Of a stretch of DNA of 64,000 nt, positions 35,791-45,251 are shown piece after piece. The stretch comes from an uncultured Gemmatimonadales bacterium. GTDB taxonomy: Bacteria; Gemmatimonadota; Gemmatimonadetes; Longimicrobiales; RSA9. The stretch covers positions 256,001 to 320,000 of the forward strand of contig CAWCUS010000006.1 in assembly GCA_963798845.1 (NCBI GenBank), read 5' to 3'. Under the pieces are notes generated by a model. That model did not search any database and was not told the origin of the DNA. It was given only the letters and a program-made list of their open reading frames with translations. The stretch's first letter is position 1. Each line of letters starts with the position of its first letter. The position numbers and the translations under genes were made by a program.

Positions 35791-37472
35791 AGTCGTGGGC
35801 CGAGCCTGACGAAGAAGTTGACTCCGGTGTTCCCGCCGGAGAGGGGAACGGCGAGGTAGAAGCCCACCGGGCCCGCCCGGATCCCCAGGCCGGCGTCGTA
35901 GCGCAGGTCGGACGGGCCGGTGGCGACCCGGCGCCCCAGCGACTCCGCTTCGATCCACCCGCGCCCGGCGTCGGCGAAGAGCACCAGCTCGGGCGTGGTG
36001 AAGAGATCGAAGTCCAGCCCGAGCGACCGGCCGAGGGCAACTCCTGGGAAGAGTGCGAATCTCATCTCGGCTTGCAGGAGCACCGCGCGGTCGCACCCGT
36101 AGTAGGGGAAGTGCCCCTCCACCATCGCCCCGGCCGCACGAGCGCCGCAGTCGAACTGCAGCTGCCGGTATCCCGGCAGGGAGCCCTCGCCGCCCAGCGC
36201 GTGCTGTCGCTGCGGCGGGAGCGCGCCGTCGTCCGGCGACCCCGTGGCCAGCGCATGCAGCGCCAGCCGCGTCCGGGGACCGACCCGGTAGTAGCGGCGC
36301 GCGTCGATGGTGACGCTGGTGAACTCGGCGCCGAACGGCGTTTCCTCCAGAGCCGGCAGCGGGCCGACGACCCGGGGATCCACGGTGGTGTACTCGAGCT
36401 CCCCTTCCAGCCCCTGCTCCACCTCGACCCGGACGAGCCACCCGGTCGACGGATCGGCCCGGTCGTTGCGCGTGTCCCACTGGAGCCAGCCACGCACGCT
36501 GCGGAGCGACCCCTCGGCCATTTCCGGCTCGGGGCGCCAGTCCTCGTCGTTGCCGAGCAGCGCCCACGGCGTCCCGGGCTCGGTCGTCCCCTGCTCCTCG
36601 TCGCGGTACTCAACGCCCGCCTCGTACGGGCGCGTCCTCCCGACGAAGTGGAGGTAGGCGCTCCAACCCCGGCGGCCGTAATGGTCCCGGTAGTCCTCGT
36701 GGGTGACGAAGGTGGACAGCGAGTTCTCGAGATCGGTCAGGCCCCGGCGCTCGATCGGCTCGATCAGGTTGTAGGAGCTGAGCCCGAGCGCCATGCTGCG
36801 GTGCCCGCCGAGGTACTGCTCCACCAGGATCCGGTGGCCGAAGTCGTCGGGATGGATCCGGAATCCGTTCCGCGTACGGTAGATCGCGACGGCCTGCACC
36901 ACCGTCGGGTTGGAGCGGCCCAGCTCGAGCCGTGGCCCGAACGCGATCGGCAGCCCCTCGACCCGGTTGTACGACTCCTGCGCGGCCAGGATCAGGTCCA
37001 GCCGCCCGAACTCGGTGGACCACCCTCTGAGCCAAGACTGGCGCGCCGGGCCGAGCGCCACGAGTCGGCCGCTTTCCCGGCGGAAGCGGAGCACATCGCC
37101 ATAGCGGACCACGCCGCCCGCCACACTGGCGGTGTCCCCCGTGAGCTCGCCGCCCACCACGATGAGCGACCCCTCGATCCGCCCGCCCGGCAGCAGCACC
37201 GCGTCGCCGTTGATCACCACCACGTCACCCGCCACCACGCCGGCGACGGCGAAGGGGCCGCCCACGGAAGCCACGTCGCCCTGGACGGTGGCGCCCTCGG
37301 CCACCCGCGTCGGCCCCTCCACCCGCGTGGTCGTGGGCCGGTTGTAGAACGCGGCTACCTGACGGGCTGCCTGTTCGGTCAGGGGCCGGAGCTCCGGGGC
37401 GGGCTCCTGCGCGGAAAGCGGCAGCGCCCCCGCGAGCAGGGGGATGGCGAACCAGCTGATGTGTCTCACCAT
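35787..37472 (-). CDS. Omp85/BamA-TamA-like outer-membrane protein with N-terminal bactofilin-like beta-helix
   Basis: Signal peptide and repeats VQGDVASVGG, VAGDVVVING and IEGSLIVVGG. Then YNRVEGL, DTRND...PSTGW, LGGEGSLPGY, FADAG and GLGIR. Confidence 0.72.
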   Translation of the reverse strand: MVRHISWFAIPLLAGALPLSAQEPAPELRPLTEQAARQVAAFYNRPTTTRVEGPTRVAEGATVQGDVASVGGPFAVAGVVAGDVVVINGDAVLLPGGRIEGSLIVVGGELTGDTASVAGGVVRYGDVLRFRRESGRLVALGPARQSWLRGWSTEFGRLDLILAAQESYNRVEGLPIAFGPRLELGRSNPTVVQAVAIYRTRNGFRIHPDDFGHRILVEQYLGGHRSMALGLSSYNLIEPIERRGLTDLENSLSTFVTHEDYRDHYGRRGWSAYLHFVGRTRPYEAGVEYRDEEQGTTEPGTPWALLGNDEDWRPEPEMAEGSLRSVRGWLQWDTRNDRADPSTGWLVRVEVEQGLEGELEYTTVDPRVVGPLPALEETPFGAEFTSVTIDARRYYRVGPRTRLALHALATGSPDDGALPPQRQHALGGEGSLPGYRQLQFDCGARAAGAMVEGHFPYYGCDRAVLLQAEMRFALFPGVALGRSLGLDFDLFTTPELVLFADAGRGWIEAESLGRRVATGPSDLRYDAGLGIRAGPVGFYLAVPLSGGNTGVNFFVRLGPRL

Positions 37473-38779
37473 TCGATTCCCAGTCGTTTCATGCGTCGGT
37501 ACAGGTTGGCTCGGTCGGTTTCCAGCAGCCTTGCCGCTTCGGCCACGGTGCGGCCCGCCTGCAGCGCGGCTTCGATCTCCCTCAGCTCGAAAGCGTCCAG
37601 GCGCTCACTCAGACCGCCCCCCGCCAGCCCCGCGGTCGGGAACAGCTCCGTCACCTCCGCTGCGCCCACCGTGCTCCCTCCGTGCAGGATCGCGAGCCGC
37701 TCGCACACGTTCGCCAGCTCGCGCACGTTGCCGGGCCACGGATACCTCCCCAGCACGGCCATGGCGCTCGTGTCGAGCAGGGGCGGCTCCAGCCCCTCGC
37801 GCTGCCGCAGCCGCTGATGGATGCGAGCGACCAGGTCGCCCAGGTCGCCCGGTCGCTCCCGGAGCGGCGGGATGTGGATCGGCACCACGTTGAGGCGATA
37901 GAAGAGGTCGCTCCGGAACCCGCCGGCGTCGCGGGCATCCGCCAGGTCCCGGTTCGTCGCCGCGACCACCCGCACGTCCACCGCCAGGGTGCGGCTGGCT
38001 CCGACGCGTTGCACTTCGCCGCTCTCCAGCGCCCGCAGCAGCTTCGACTGTGCGTCGAGGCTCAGGTCGGCCACTTCGTCCAGGAACAGCGTGCCGCCAT
38101 CCGCCTGCTCGAACCGGCCCCGGCGCCGGCTCGTCGCACCCGTGAAGGACCCGCGCTCGTGCCCGAACATCTCGGACTCGACGAGGTCGCGCGGGATCGC
38201 CGCGCTGTTCACCCGGATGAACGGCCGGCGGCGTCGCGGCGAGAGGTGGTGGATCGCCGATGCCACCAGCTCCTTCCCGGTCCCGCTCTCGCCCGTGATC
38301 AGGACCCGTGCGTCCGTGGGCGCCGCCTGCCGCACCCGCTCGCGAACACGCTCCATCGCCGCGGACGCGCCCACGATGTCGTCCAGCGACACCGGAGCTG
38401 ACGTCCGCTCCCTTGCCCGCCGCAGCTCCACCGCCCCGCTCACGGTGGCCAGCACCGCTTCCGGGCCGAGCGGCTTCTCGATGAAGTGGAAGGCGCCCAG
38501 GCGAGTCGCCTCCACGGCATCCTGGAGGGTTGCGCGCCCGCTCATCATCACGACCGGGATGATCGGGCGGCGCTCAGTCAGCTGGCGCAGCGCGGCCAGC
38601 CCGTCCAGCCGGGGCATGGAGAGATCGAGCAGAACGACGTCCGGGTCCTCGGTGACAGCGCGCTCCACTCCCGCGGCGCCGTCCTCCGCCTCCGCAACCT
38701 CATAGCCCTCCGCTTCCAGGAGGCCGCGCAGCATCCTCCGGATGTTTGATTCGTCGTCGACGACGAGGATGGAGGGCAT
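37466..38779 (-). CDS. Sigma54-dependent response regulator (NtrX/NtrC family)
   Basis: Receiver domain, GESGTGKE, ESEMFGHERGSFTGA, LFLDEV, WPGNVREL and a Fis-type HTH. Confidence 0.95.
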   Translation of the reverse strand: MPSILVVDDESNIRRMLRGLLEAEGYEVAEAEDGAAGVERAVTEDPDVVLLDLSMPRLDGLAALRQLTERRPIIPVVMMSGRATLQDAVEATRLGAFHFIEKPLGPEAVLATVSGAVELRRARERTSAPVSLDDIVGASAAMERVRERVRQAAPTDARVLITGESGTGKELVASAIHHLSPRRRRPFIRVNSAAIPRDLVESEMFGHERGSFTGATSRRRGRFEQADGGTLFLDEVADLSLDAQSKLLRALESGEVQRVGASRTLAVDVRVVAATNRDLADARDAGGFRSDLFYRLNVVPIHIPPLRERPGDLGDLVARIHQRLRQREGLEPPLLDTSAMAVLGRYPWPGNVRELANVCERLAILHGGSTVGAAEVTELFPTAGLAGGGLSERLDAFELREIEAALQAGRTVAEAARLLETDRANLYRRMKRLGIEW

Positions 38780-38793
38780 GGGCGTCGATCAGG

Positions 38794-39510
38794 TCATTCC
38801 CGGCGGCCGGCCACCAGGTGCGCGTGCACCACCGTGCCCACCGCCGTCTGCTCGGTGGTCGCGCTCCGGCAGTACAGACGCGCTTCCGGGCCGTAGAACA
38901 GGCGCATCCCGTCGGACGCCGATGGCGCGGTCGCGGCGTCGCCGCAATCGAGAGCGTCGAAGAACCCGGGCGCCAGCATCAGGGCCACGCTGTCACCCAC
39001 GGCCGGCGATGGGACTGCCACGGCAATGACCACCGCCGCGGTAGGATCCACGTCCGTGGCCACGTATTCGAGGAGCTTGCCCACGATGGCGCGGGCGTGG
39101 CTGGCCTCGTCGACGCGGAAGGAAAGCAGGTCGAGGTAGCGATGGTCGGCGATGTCGTAGAGCGCGTCCAGCACGCGGTACGACCCGCCCGTGTACGTCA
39201 GGTCGATCACGGTGTCGCCCACTGGCTTCATCGCCAGGAACGCCAGCCCCACGTCGCCCGCCTGCGCGGGACCGCTCAGCGTCAGACCGGTCTCCCGTGC
39301 GACGCCCGCGTACCAGGTGCTGTCCGTGGGCCCGATCATGAACGCGGCCTTCGGCGACGCCTCCGCGAGCACAGCGGCCACCTCCCCGGCCGACGCACCC
39401 GCCCCCACCCGGACGGCGACGGTGGGAACGGAAATGTCCTTTGGCCCCCCCATGTTGGCAGAGCATCCGGCCAGCACCAGGCCGACGATGATCGGAAGCT
39501 GGGTTCTCAT
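38794..39510 (-). CDS. Hypothetical lipoprotein
   Basis: Lipobox LAGC. Its start overlaps the kinase stop. Confidence 0.75.
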   Translation of the reverse strand: MRTQLPIIVGLVLAGCSANMGGPKDISVPTVAVRVGAGASAGEVAAVLAEASPKAAFMIGPTDSTWYAGVARETGLTLSGPAQAGDVGLAFLAMKPVGDTVIDLTYTGGSYRVLDALYDIADHRYLDLLSFRVDEASHARAIVGKLLEYVATDVDPTAAVVIAVAVPSPAVGDSVALMLAPGFFDALDCGDAATAPSASDGMRLFYGPEARLYCRSATTEQTAVGTVVHAHLVAGRRE

Positions 39511-40820
39511 ACAGTTCTCTCCGTCTCCGCGGTGGCGGGCTCGGTGGCAGGGAGCCGCACCATCAGCTCCGCGCCGCGCTCGAGGTCGCGCGCGAAGACG
39601 TCGCCACCATCCGCGCGTACGGCCTGCCGGACGAGCGCCAGGCCAAGGCCGGTCCCGCGCTTTTTCGTCGTGAAGTCCGGCTCGAAGATCCGGTCTGCCT
39701 CACCCGCCGGCAACCCGGGTCCGGTATCCGCGATGCGAACGTCGAGCCACCGCCCTCCGCCCGATGTCCCGATCGCGACCGTGAGACGCGCTTCCGACGA
39801 CGCGTCCATCGCCTCCACGGCGTTCCGGATCAGGTTCCTGAAGGCGCGCACCAGGGCGTCGTAGTGGCCACGCACCAGAGGGAGGGCGTCCGGCGCCTCG
39901 ATCCGTACCTCCACCCGTTCCGGTACGTCCGTCTCCAGTAGCCCCGCGATGAGCTCATGCAGCGCCACGTCGGTCTTCGGACCCTCTGACGGACGGCCGA
40001 GCGCGCTGAACTGCGCCGCCAGCTCCTCCAGTCGGCCCACTTCCTCACCGATCACTTCCACGGCCTCCCGCAGCGATTCGTCCGTCTCCGACGCCCGCCG
40101 CAGCCGGTGCGCCGCCAGCCGCAGCGGCGTGAGCGGGTTCTTCATCTCGTGCGCCACTCGCCGCGCCATTTCCCCCCAGACGCGGACCCGCTCCGTGGCC
40201 AGCGCGCGGACCCGCGCGGCGGCGAGCCTGTCGCTGGCGTCGCGCAGCGCCCGATCCAGGAGCCTCACCTCCCGGACCGATCGCGTGGACGCCGGCGGCA
40301 GGGGCTCCTCGCGCCCCAGGTGCTCCGCCACCATGACGAGGTCCTGGATCGGCCGGGCCAGCTCGCGGGCCAGCCGGCGGCTCACCCACGCGGCCAGCGC
40401 CGTGAGCACCAGCGCCACGGCTATGGTGAGCCACGGAAGGGCGTGCTGGAAACGGTCGCCCAGGAACGCCCACCGGCGTGCCTGGGTGAGGGATTCGGAC
40501 AGGACCGCGCGGTGCGCCGCTGCGGCCGCCACCAGCGCGGAATCGTCGGAGGCGCTCGCCAGGTCCAGCACGTTACGGCCGGTGTGAGCCACGGCCTCCC
40601 ACGGACCCAGCACCCCCGTCACTCCGAGCGAAGTTCCCAGCGCATAGCCGCCAGCGGCCAGCAGCACCAGCGCGGGCACCACGGTAAGGGCGAGCACCCA
40701 CGTGAAGATCCGGCGCTCCAGCGTGCGCTCCCGGCGGAGCACGACCCGGCGGCCCGGCGGGGCCGGATCGCCGCTCGGGAAGGTAGGGTATCGAGAAGAG
40801 GGTGGCACGGTTCCGGCCAT
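39507..40820 (-). CDS. NtrY-like membrane sensor histidine kinase
   Basis: Two TM segments and a HAMP-like region. Motifs WGEMARRVAHEMKNPLTP, NLIRNA and FTTKKRGTGLGL. Start uncertain; GTG 40742 is an alternative. Confidence 0.9.
   Translation of the reverse strand: MAGTVPPSSRYPTFPSGDPAPPGRRVVLRRERTLERRIFTWVLALTVVPALVLLAAGGYALGTSLGVTGVLGPWEAVAHTGRNVLDLASASDDSALVAAAAAHRAVLSESLTQARRWAFLGDRFQHALPWLTIAVALVLTALAAWVSRRLARELARPIQDLVMVAEHLGREEPLPPASTRSVREVRLLDRALRDASDRLAAARVRALATERVRVWGEMARRVAHEMKNPLTPLRLAAHRLRRASETDESLREAVEVIGEEVGRLEELAAQFSALGRPSEGPKTDVALHELIAGLLETDVPERVEVRIEAPDALPLVRGHYDALVRAFRNLIRNAVEAMDASSEARLTVAIGTSGGGRWLDVRIADTGPGLPAGEADRIFEPDFTTKKRGTGLGLALVRQAVRADGGDVFARDLERGAELMVRLPATEPATAETERTV
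40803..40818 (+). promoter_or_regulatory. Possible sigma54 promoter for the ORF at 40880
   Basis: TGGCACGGTTCCGGC has a consensus -24 element and GG-N10-GC spacing, but a weak -12 element. Confidence 0.4.
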
Positions 40821-40879
40821 GGACTGCAACGTAGAGACGCGTTCGGGACCGATCAAGTCGCGCAGGAAAGGAGGAATTC

Positions 40880-41587
40880 GTGATCCTGCCCAATGTGCGC
40901 GCGTCGTTCGGACGGGCCGAGGCCGGCCTCATCACAGGCCTGCTCGCCGGCGAAGATGGCAAGGCACGCGATCGCCTCTCCGATCGGCTCAGGGACGAAG
41001 GCTTCGACGGGATCCTCGACGACCCCCGCACCCTCAATGCGGCCCTGACCGCCCGCACGGACATCGGGCAGCCGCTCCTCTTCTACCTGCTGGTGCGGCA
41101 CGCCCTCCTCGAGGCGGGCATCGACGACCGCACCCTCGCCGACTACATCGCCGCCGTCCTCATCTCCTTCGGCCACGAGGACCGCGCCCTTCGCATCGCC
41201 CACGGGGATGCGGACCGCTTTCTCTACCTGGTCGACCTGGTGGCCGCCGCCGACTCGCCGGACGGTCGCCGCCAGTTCCTCGTCCGGGCACACCTGGGCA
41301 ATTACGCGCTCTGGCTCAGCGGCATCTTCCCCGACTACGTCGCCGCCCGCGTCCAGCGACACGGCGCGCCGGGGCTCGACTATTTCGAGGCGATGGGCGC
41401 CAGCGGCTATCGCCTCGCCGCAGATACGGACCTTGCCGCCCGCCACGGGCTGACTCCCGTGCTCCGCACCGCCGCCGAGGCGTTCACCGATCTCCGCGTC
41501 GCGCTGAATCACATCTCGGATCGCTACCTGTTTCCGAACCCCGGCTCGGTCGAGCGCCTGCTCCGCCAGGTCGTCGATGGACCATGA
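40880..41587 (+). CDS. Hypothetical helical protein
   Basis: Strong SD aggagga and a GTG start. Contains HLGNYALWLSGIFPD and DYFEAMGASGY. Confidence 0.8.
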   Translation: MILPNVRASFGRAEAGLITGLLAGEDGKARDRLSDRLRDEGFDGILDDPRTLNAALTARTDIGQPLLFYLLVRHALLEAGIDDRTLADYIAAVLISFGHEDRALRIAHGDADRFLYLVDLVAAADSPDGRRQFLVRAHLGNYALWLSGIFPDYVAARVQRHGAPGLDYFEAMGASGYRLAADTDLAARHGLTPVLRTAAEAFTDLRVALNHISDRYLFPNPGSVERLLRQVVDGP

Positions 41588-41609
41588 GACGCGGCGACCG
41601 GGCGGGTCG

Positions 41610-43457
41610 CTAAACGGCGCGGCCGCTCGCCCCGTCCAGCCGACTGCCGCACTCGCCGCAGAACCGCCAGTGCGGACGAGCGCGCGCGCCGCAGGCGCAC
41701 CGCCGTGCGAGGTCACCACCGCACTGCGGGCAGAACAGGTGCTCCCGCGCGACGCGCGCCCCGCACGACCGGCACAGGCGGGCGTCGTCCGACAGCAGCG
41801 CCAGCAGTGGACGGATCTCCTCCAGAGTCGTCAGACCGGCTTCTACTTTCGCCCACGCGTTCACCGCGAGCGGCACCATTCCGGCGGCCATGGCCGCTTC
41901 CCGTACGGCGTCCGTGGGCGCGGCCTCCAGGATGAGCTCTCGCACGCGGGCGTCCACCTTGAGGAGCTCGAAGACGCCCACCCGGCCGTGATACCCGGTA
42001 CCATGGCACCGCTCGCACCCGACGGGGCGGGGGAGGTGCGGAGGCGTGGGGAGCCCGAGCTCGTGCAGCACATCCTCGGTTGCCGGGGCCGCGGTACAGC
42101 ACTCGGGACAGAGCCGCCGCACCAGCCGCTGTGCGAGCACCCCGACCAGGCCGCCCGCCACCAGGTAACGCGGCGCCCCCATCTCCACCAGTCGCGACAC
42201 CGCCCCGGGGGCGTCGATGGTGTGGAGCGTGGACAGCACCAGGTGCCCCGTCAGCGCTGCCGCCAGCCCGACCTCGGCGGTCTCCCGATCCCGCATCTCG
42301 CCCACCAGGATCGTGTCCGGGTCCTGCCGGAGCACGCTCCGGAGCGCCGCCGCGAACGTGAGGCCCGCCTTCGGGTGGACCTGCACCTGCGTGGTCCGCT
42401 CCACCCGGTACTCCACCGGATCCTCCAGCGCGATGAGGTTCCGGCCATCCCGGTCTTGCGACTCCAGGACCGCATACAGCGTCGTGGTCTTGCCACTCCC
42501 TGTCGGACCCGTCACCAGGAAGAGCCCGTGCTCCCGGTTCAGCGCGCCGGCCAGCGCCTGCCGCAGCGGGGGGTCCATGCCCAGGTGGTCGAGCGAGCGA
42601 CGTGCGCTCCGGGGATCGAGCAGCCGCAGCACCACCTTCTCCCCGTCCGCCGCCGGGAGCGTGCTCACCCGCACCCCCACGCGCTGCCCGTCCACCACGA
42701 TGGCGCTCCGCCCGTCCTGCGGACGCCGCTTCACGGCGATGTCGAGCCCGGCCATGATCTTGATCCGGGAGGTCACAGCCGAGGCCGACGAAGGCGGCAG
42801 CTCCAGCAGCGGCCGCAACACGCCGTCCACTCTCGCCCGCACCCGGATCCGATCGCTCGCCGGCTCAATGTGGATGTCGCTCGCACCTGCGCCCACGGCG
42901 CGGTCCAGCAGCAGGTTCACCAGCGCGACCACCGGCGGCGCCTCCGACGCCTGGCGGAGCACGTCGTCCCTTTCGTCCACCGTCGACGGCCCCTCGCCCG
43001 CGCCTTCGCCGAGACGGCGCAGCACAGTGCGCACGGCCTCCTCCCCGTACGCCTCCGCCAGGCCGCCACCCACCGCCGCCTCCGTCGCGACCACCGGCTC
43101 CACGCGACGCCCCGTCCGGAACTGGAGGTCGTCCACGGCCGCTCCGTTCAGCGGGTCGGCCATGGCCACCCTCAACACCCGGGTCGTCGCCGCCAGCGGC
43201 ACGATCCGGAGCCGCAGGGCCAGGGCGCGCGGCACGAGCGCGAGCGCCTCCGGCTCCGGCGCGAGCGGGGGCGACGCGTACGTCAGCCGGAGCTGCCGGG
43301 ACAGCGCCCGCGCCACCGCTTCCGGGTCCAGCCCCCGTCGGACCAGGATCGCACCGATCCGCTCGCGCGTCTCGCCCTGCTCCGCCAGCGCGGCTTCCAC
43401 CTCCGCCTCGCTCGCTTCGCCGCCCTCAACCAGGACTCGCCCCAACATGGTCGCCAT
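41610..43457 (-). CDS. GspE/PilB family secretion/pilus ATPase with C-terminal double zinc ribbon
   Basis: Motifs ASDIHIEP, RVDG, GPTGSGKTT, EDPVE, LRQDPD and GHLVLSTLH. MshEN-like LG motifs at the N-terminus. Tail has CRSC, CPQC, CAC and CGEC. Confidence 0.92.
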   Translation of the reverse strand: MATMLGRVLVEGGEASEAEVEAALAEQGETRERIGAILVRRGLDPEAVARALSRQLRLTYASPPLAPEPEALALVPRALALRLRIVPLAATTRVLRVAMADPLNGAAVDDLQFRTGRRVEPVVATEAAVGGGLAEAYGEEAVRTVLRRLGEGAGEGPSTVDERDDVLRQASEAPPVVALVNLLLDRAVGAGASDIHIEPASDRIRVRARVDGVLRPLLELPPSSASAVTSRIKIMAGLDIAVKRRPQDGRSAIVVDGQRVGVRVSTLPAADGEKVVLRLLDPRSARRSLDHLGMDPPLRQALAGALNREHGLFLVTGPTGSGKTTTLYAVLESQDRDGRNLIALEDPVEYRVERTTQVQVHPKAGLTFAAALRSVLRQDPDTILVGEMRDRETAEVGLAAALTGHLVLSTLHTIDAPGAVSRLVEMGAPRYLVAGGLVGVLAQRLVRRLCPECCTAAPATEDVLHELGLPTPPHLPRPVGCERCHGTGYHGRVGVFELLKVDARVRELILEAAPTDAVREAAMAAGMVPLAVNAWAKVEAGLTTLEEIRPLLALLSDDARLCRSCGARVAREHLFCPQCGGDLARRCACGARARPHWRFCGECGSRLDGASGRAV

Positions 43458-43551
43458 GCCGGATGGTGCGTTTGCCGGAGGGGCAGGGGAATGGCCGGTC
43501 GGGACACACTCGGCGCGTGACGGCGCGGTCGCCGCGCCCTACAATCCTCCC

Positions 43552-44439
43552 ATGATCGAGATCCAGGGGCTCGCAAAGCGCTATGGTCCCCGTGCCGCGC
43601 CGGTCCTCGCCCTGTCGGACGTCACGCTTTCGCTCGGCCCGGGCGTCTGGGCGGTGGTCGGTCCGAACGGCGCGGGCAAGACCACCCTCCTGGGGCTCGT
43701 GCTCGGCTTTCTCCACCCCACCAGCGGCGAGGTCCGCATCGACGGCGTGCGCCCGCGCCGCTATCTCCGGCGACGCGGCGCCGGCTACCTGCCCGAGCGA
43801 TTCAGTCTCCCACCCCAGTGGCCCACCCGCTCCGCCATCACTGCCCTCTCAGGCTTCGACGGGGGCGGCGCCCTGTCCCGGGCCGCCGACGCGCTCGCCC
43901 GCTTCGGTCTCGAGGAGCACGCGGACAAGCCGGTCGGTGCGCTCTCCCGCGGATTGAACCAGCGCCTCGGCCTGGCCCAGGCGCTGACCTCGCCCCACGA
44001 TCTGATCGTCCTCGACGAGCCGACCGAGGGGCTGGACCCGATCTGGCGCGTCCGCTTCCGCGACGTCGTCCACGAGCTCCGACGCCGCGGCGCCACAGTC
44101 CTCCTGGCAAGCCACGAGCTGATGGAGGTGGAACGCCTCGCGGACCACGTGATCCTGCTGGAAAACGGACGGGTCCGCGAGGTGATGGAGACACCGACGG
44201 CCTCGGGCCACAGCCCGCACCGCTACGCCATCGACCTGGTCGTACCCGGTGACGCGGTGGCCGCCGCCTTCCCTGGCGCACACCCGGCCGCGCGGCCGCT
44301 GGTTGTGGAGGTTGCCGACTCCGCGGACCTGTCGCAGCGGCTGGCCGCGCTCCTCCAGGGAGGTGCCATTGTCGCCTCCGTCACCCCCGTGACCGAAGGG
44401 CTGGAAGCGCGCGTCCGACGCACCCTGGGGGACGCGTGA
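43552..44439 (+). CDS. ABC transporter ATP-binding protein (ABC-2 exporter type)
   Basis: Motifs GPNGAGKTT, LSRGLNQR, LDEPTEGLDP and ASH. Start at MIEIQG. Confidence 0.92.
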   Translation: MIEIQGLAKRYGPRAAPVLALSDVTLSLGPGVWAVVGPNGAGKTTLLGLVLGFLHPTSGEVRIDGVRPRRYLRRRGAGYLPERFSLPPQWPTRSAITALSGFDGGGALSRAADALARFGLEEHADKPVGALSRGLNQRLGLAQALTSPHDLIVLDEPTEGLDPIWRVRFRDVVHELRRRGATVLLASHELMEVERLADHVILLENGRVREVMETPTASGHSPHRYAIDLVVPGDAVAAAFPGAHPAARPLVVEVADSADLSQRLAALLQGGAIVASVTPVTEGLEARVRRTLGDA

Positions 44440-45206
44440 GCGCCCTGCGTGCGGCGCTCCGCCTCGCCGGCCTCGACCTGCTGGCCCGGCGGCGCCGCAT
44501 CCTCGCGCTCCTGGCGTTCGCCGCCATCTTCCTCGCCGCCGCGGCCGCCGCCCACACGCTGGCCGCGGGTACGGGACGCGTGGACCTGGGCACACTGTAC
44601 CAGCTCGGCGGCTATCCGCTCATGTCCGGGCTGCTGGTGCTCGGCTGGCTCCTCGGCCGTTTTCCTCTCGCCGCCACGCTCGTGCTCATGAGCGGCGTCT
44701 TCTCGGGTGACCGCGAGAGCGGGCTCGCCCGCCTCCTCGCCACCCGGCCGGTGTCGCCATCGCTCCTCTACGGCCTTCGCTTTCTGGTGCTCACCGCGCT
44801 CGCCTTCGCCCTCAGCGCGTTCCTGATGCCCCTCTTCGACCTGATCATCCTCGGACAGTGGGCCGGCCCCGCCACCCTGGTCCTCATCACCGCCCACGTG
44901 CTGGTGTGGGGGGGGCTCACGGCGCTCCTCTCGGTGGTCACGAGCCTGGATGCCTGGCTCACGCTGCTGCTCGCGCTGGTGTCCATGGTCTGGGGCTCCC
45001 TCGGCAGCGCCGGACTGCTGCCCGTGGCGCATCCGATCGCCCAGGTCGTAGGATTCGTACTCCCGCCCCACGCGCAGCTGTTCGCCCTCGAAGGGGCTTT
45101 CGTGGACGTTCAGCCGATCCCGTGGCCGGCGTTCTGGTTCGCCGCCGGGTACGGCGCGGTCGCGCTGCTGCTGGCAGCCTTCTTCGTACGCCGGCGAGAG
45201 ATCTAG
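44436..45206 (+). CDS. ABC-2 type permease
   Basis: About 6 TM segments, DRESGLARLLATRPVS and C-terminal FVRRREI. Overlaps the ATPase stop. Confidence 0.85.
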   Translation: MSALRAALRLAGLDLLARRRRILALLAFAAIFLAAAAAAHTLAAGTGRVDLGTLYQLGGYPLMSGLLVLGWLLGRFPLAATLVLMSGVFSGDRESGLARLLATRPVSPSLLYGLRFLVLTALAFALSAFLMPLFDLIILGQWAGPATLVLITAHVLVWGGLTALLSVVTSLDAWLTLLLALVSMVWGSLGSAGLLPVAHPIAQVVGFVLPPHAQLFALEGAFVDVQPIPWPAFWFAAGYGAVALLLAAFFVRRREI

Positions 45207-45251
45207 GGAACGGGTCGGCGGAGGGACCGGGAAGAAGGACGGCCGCTGGGG

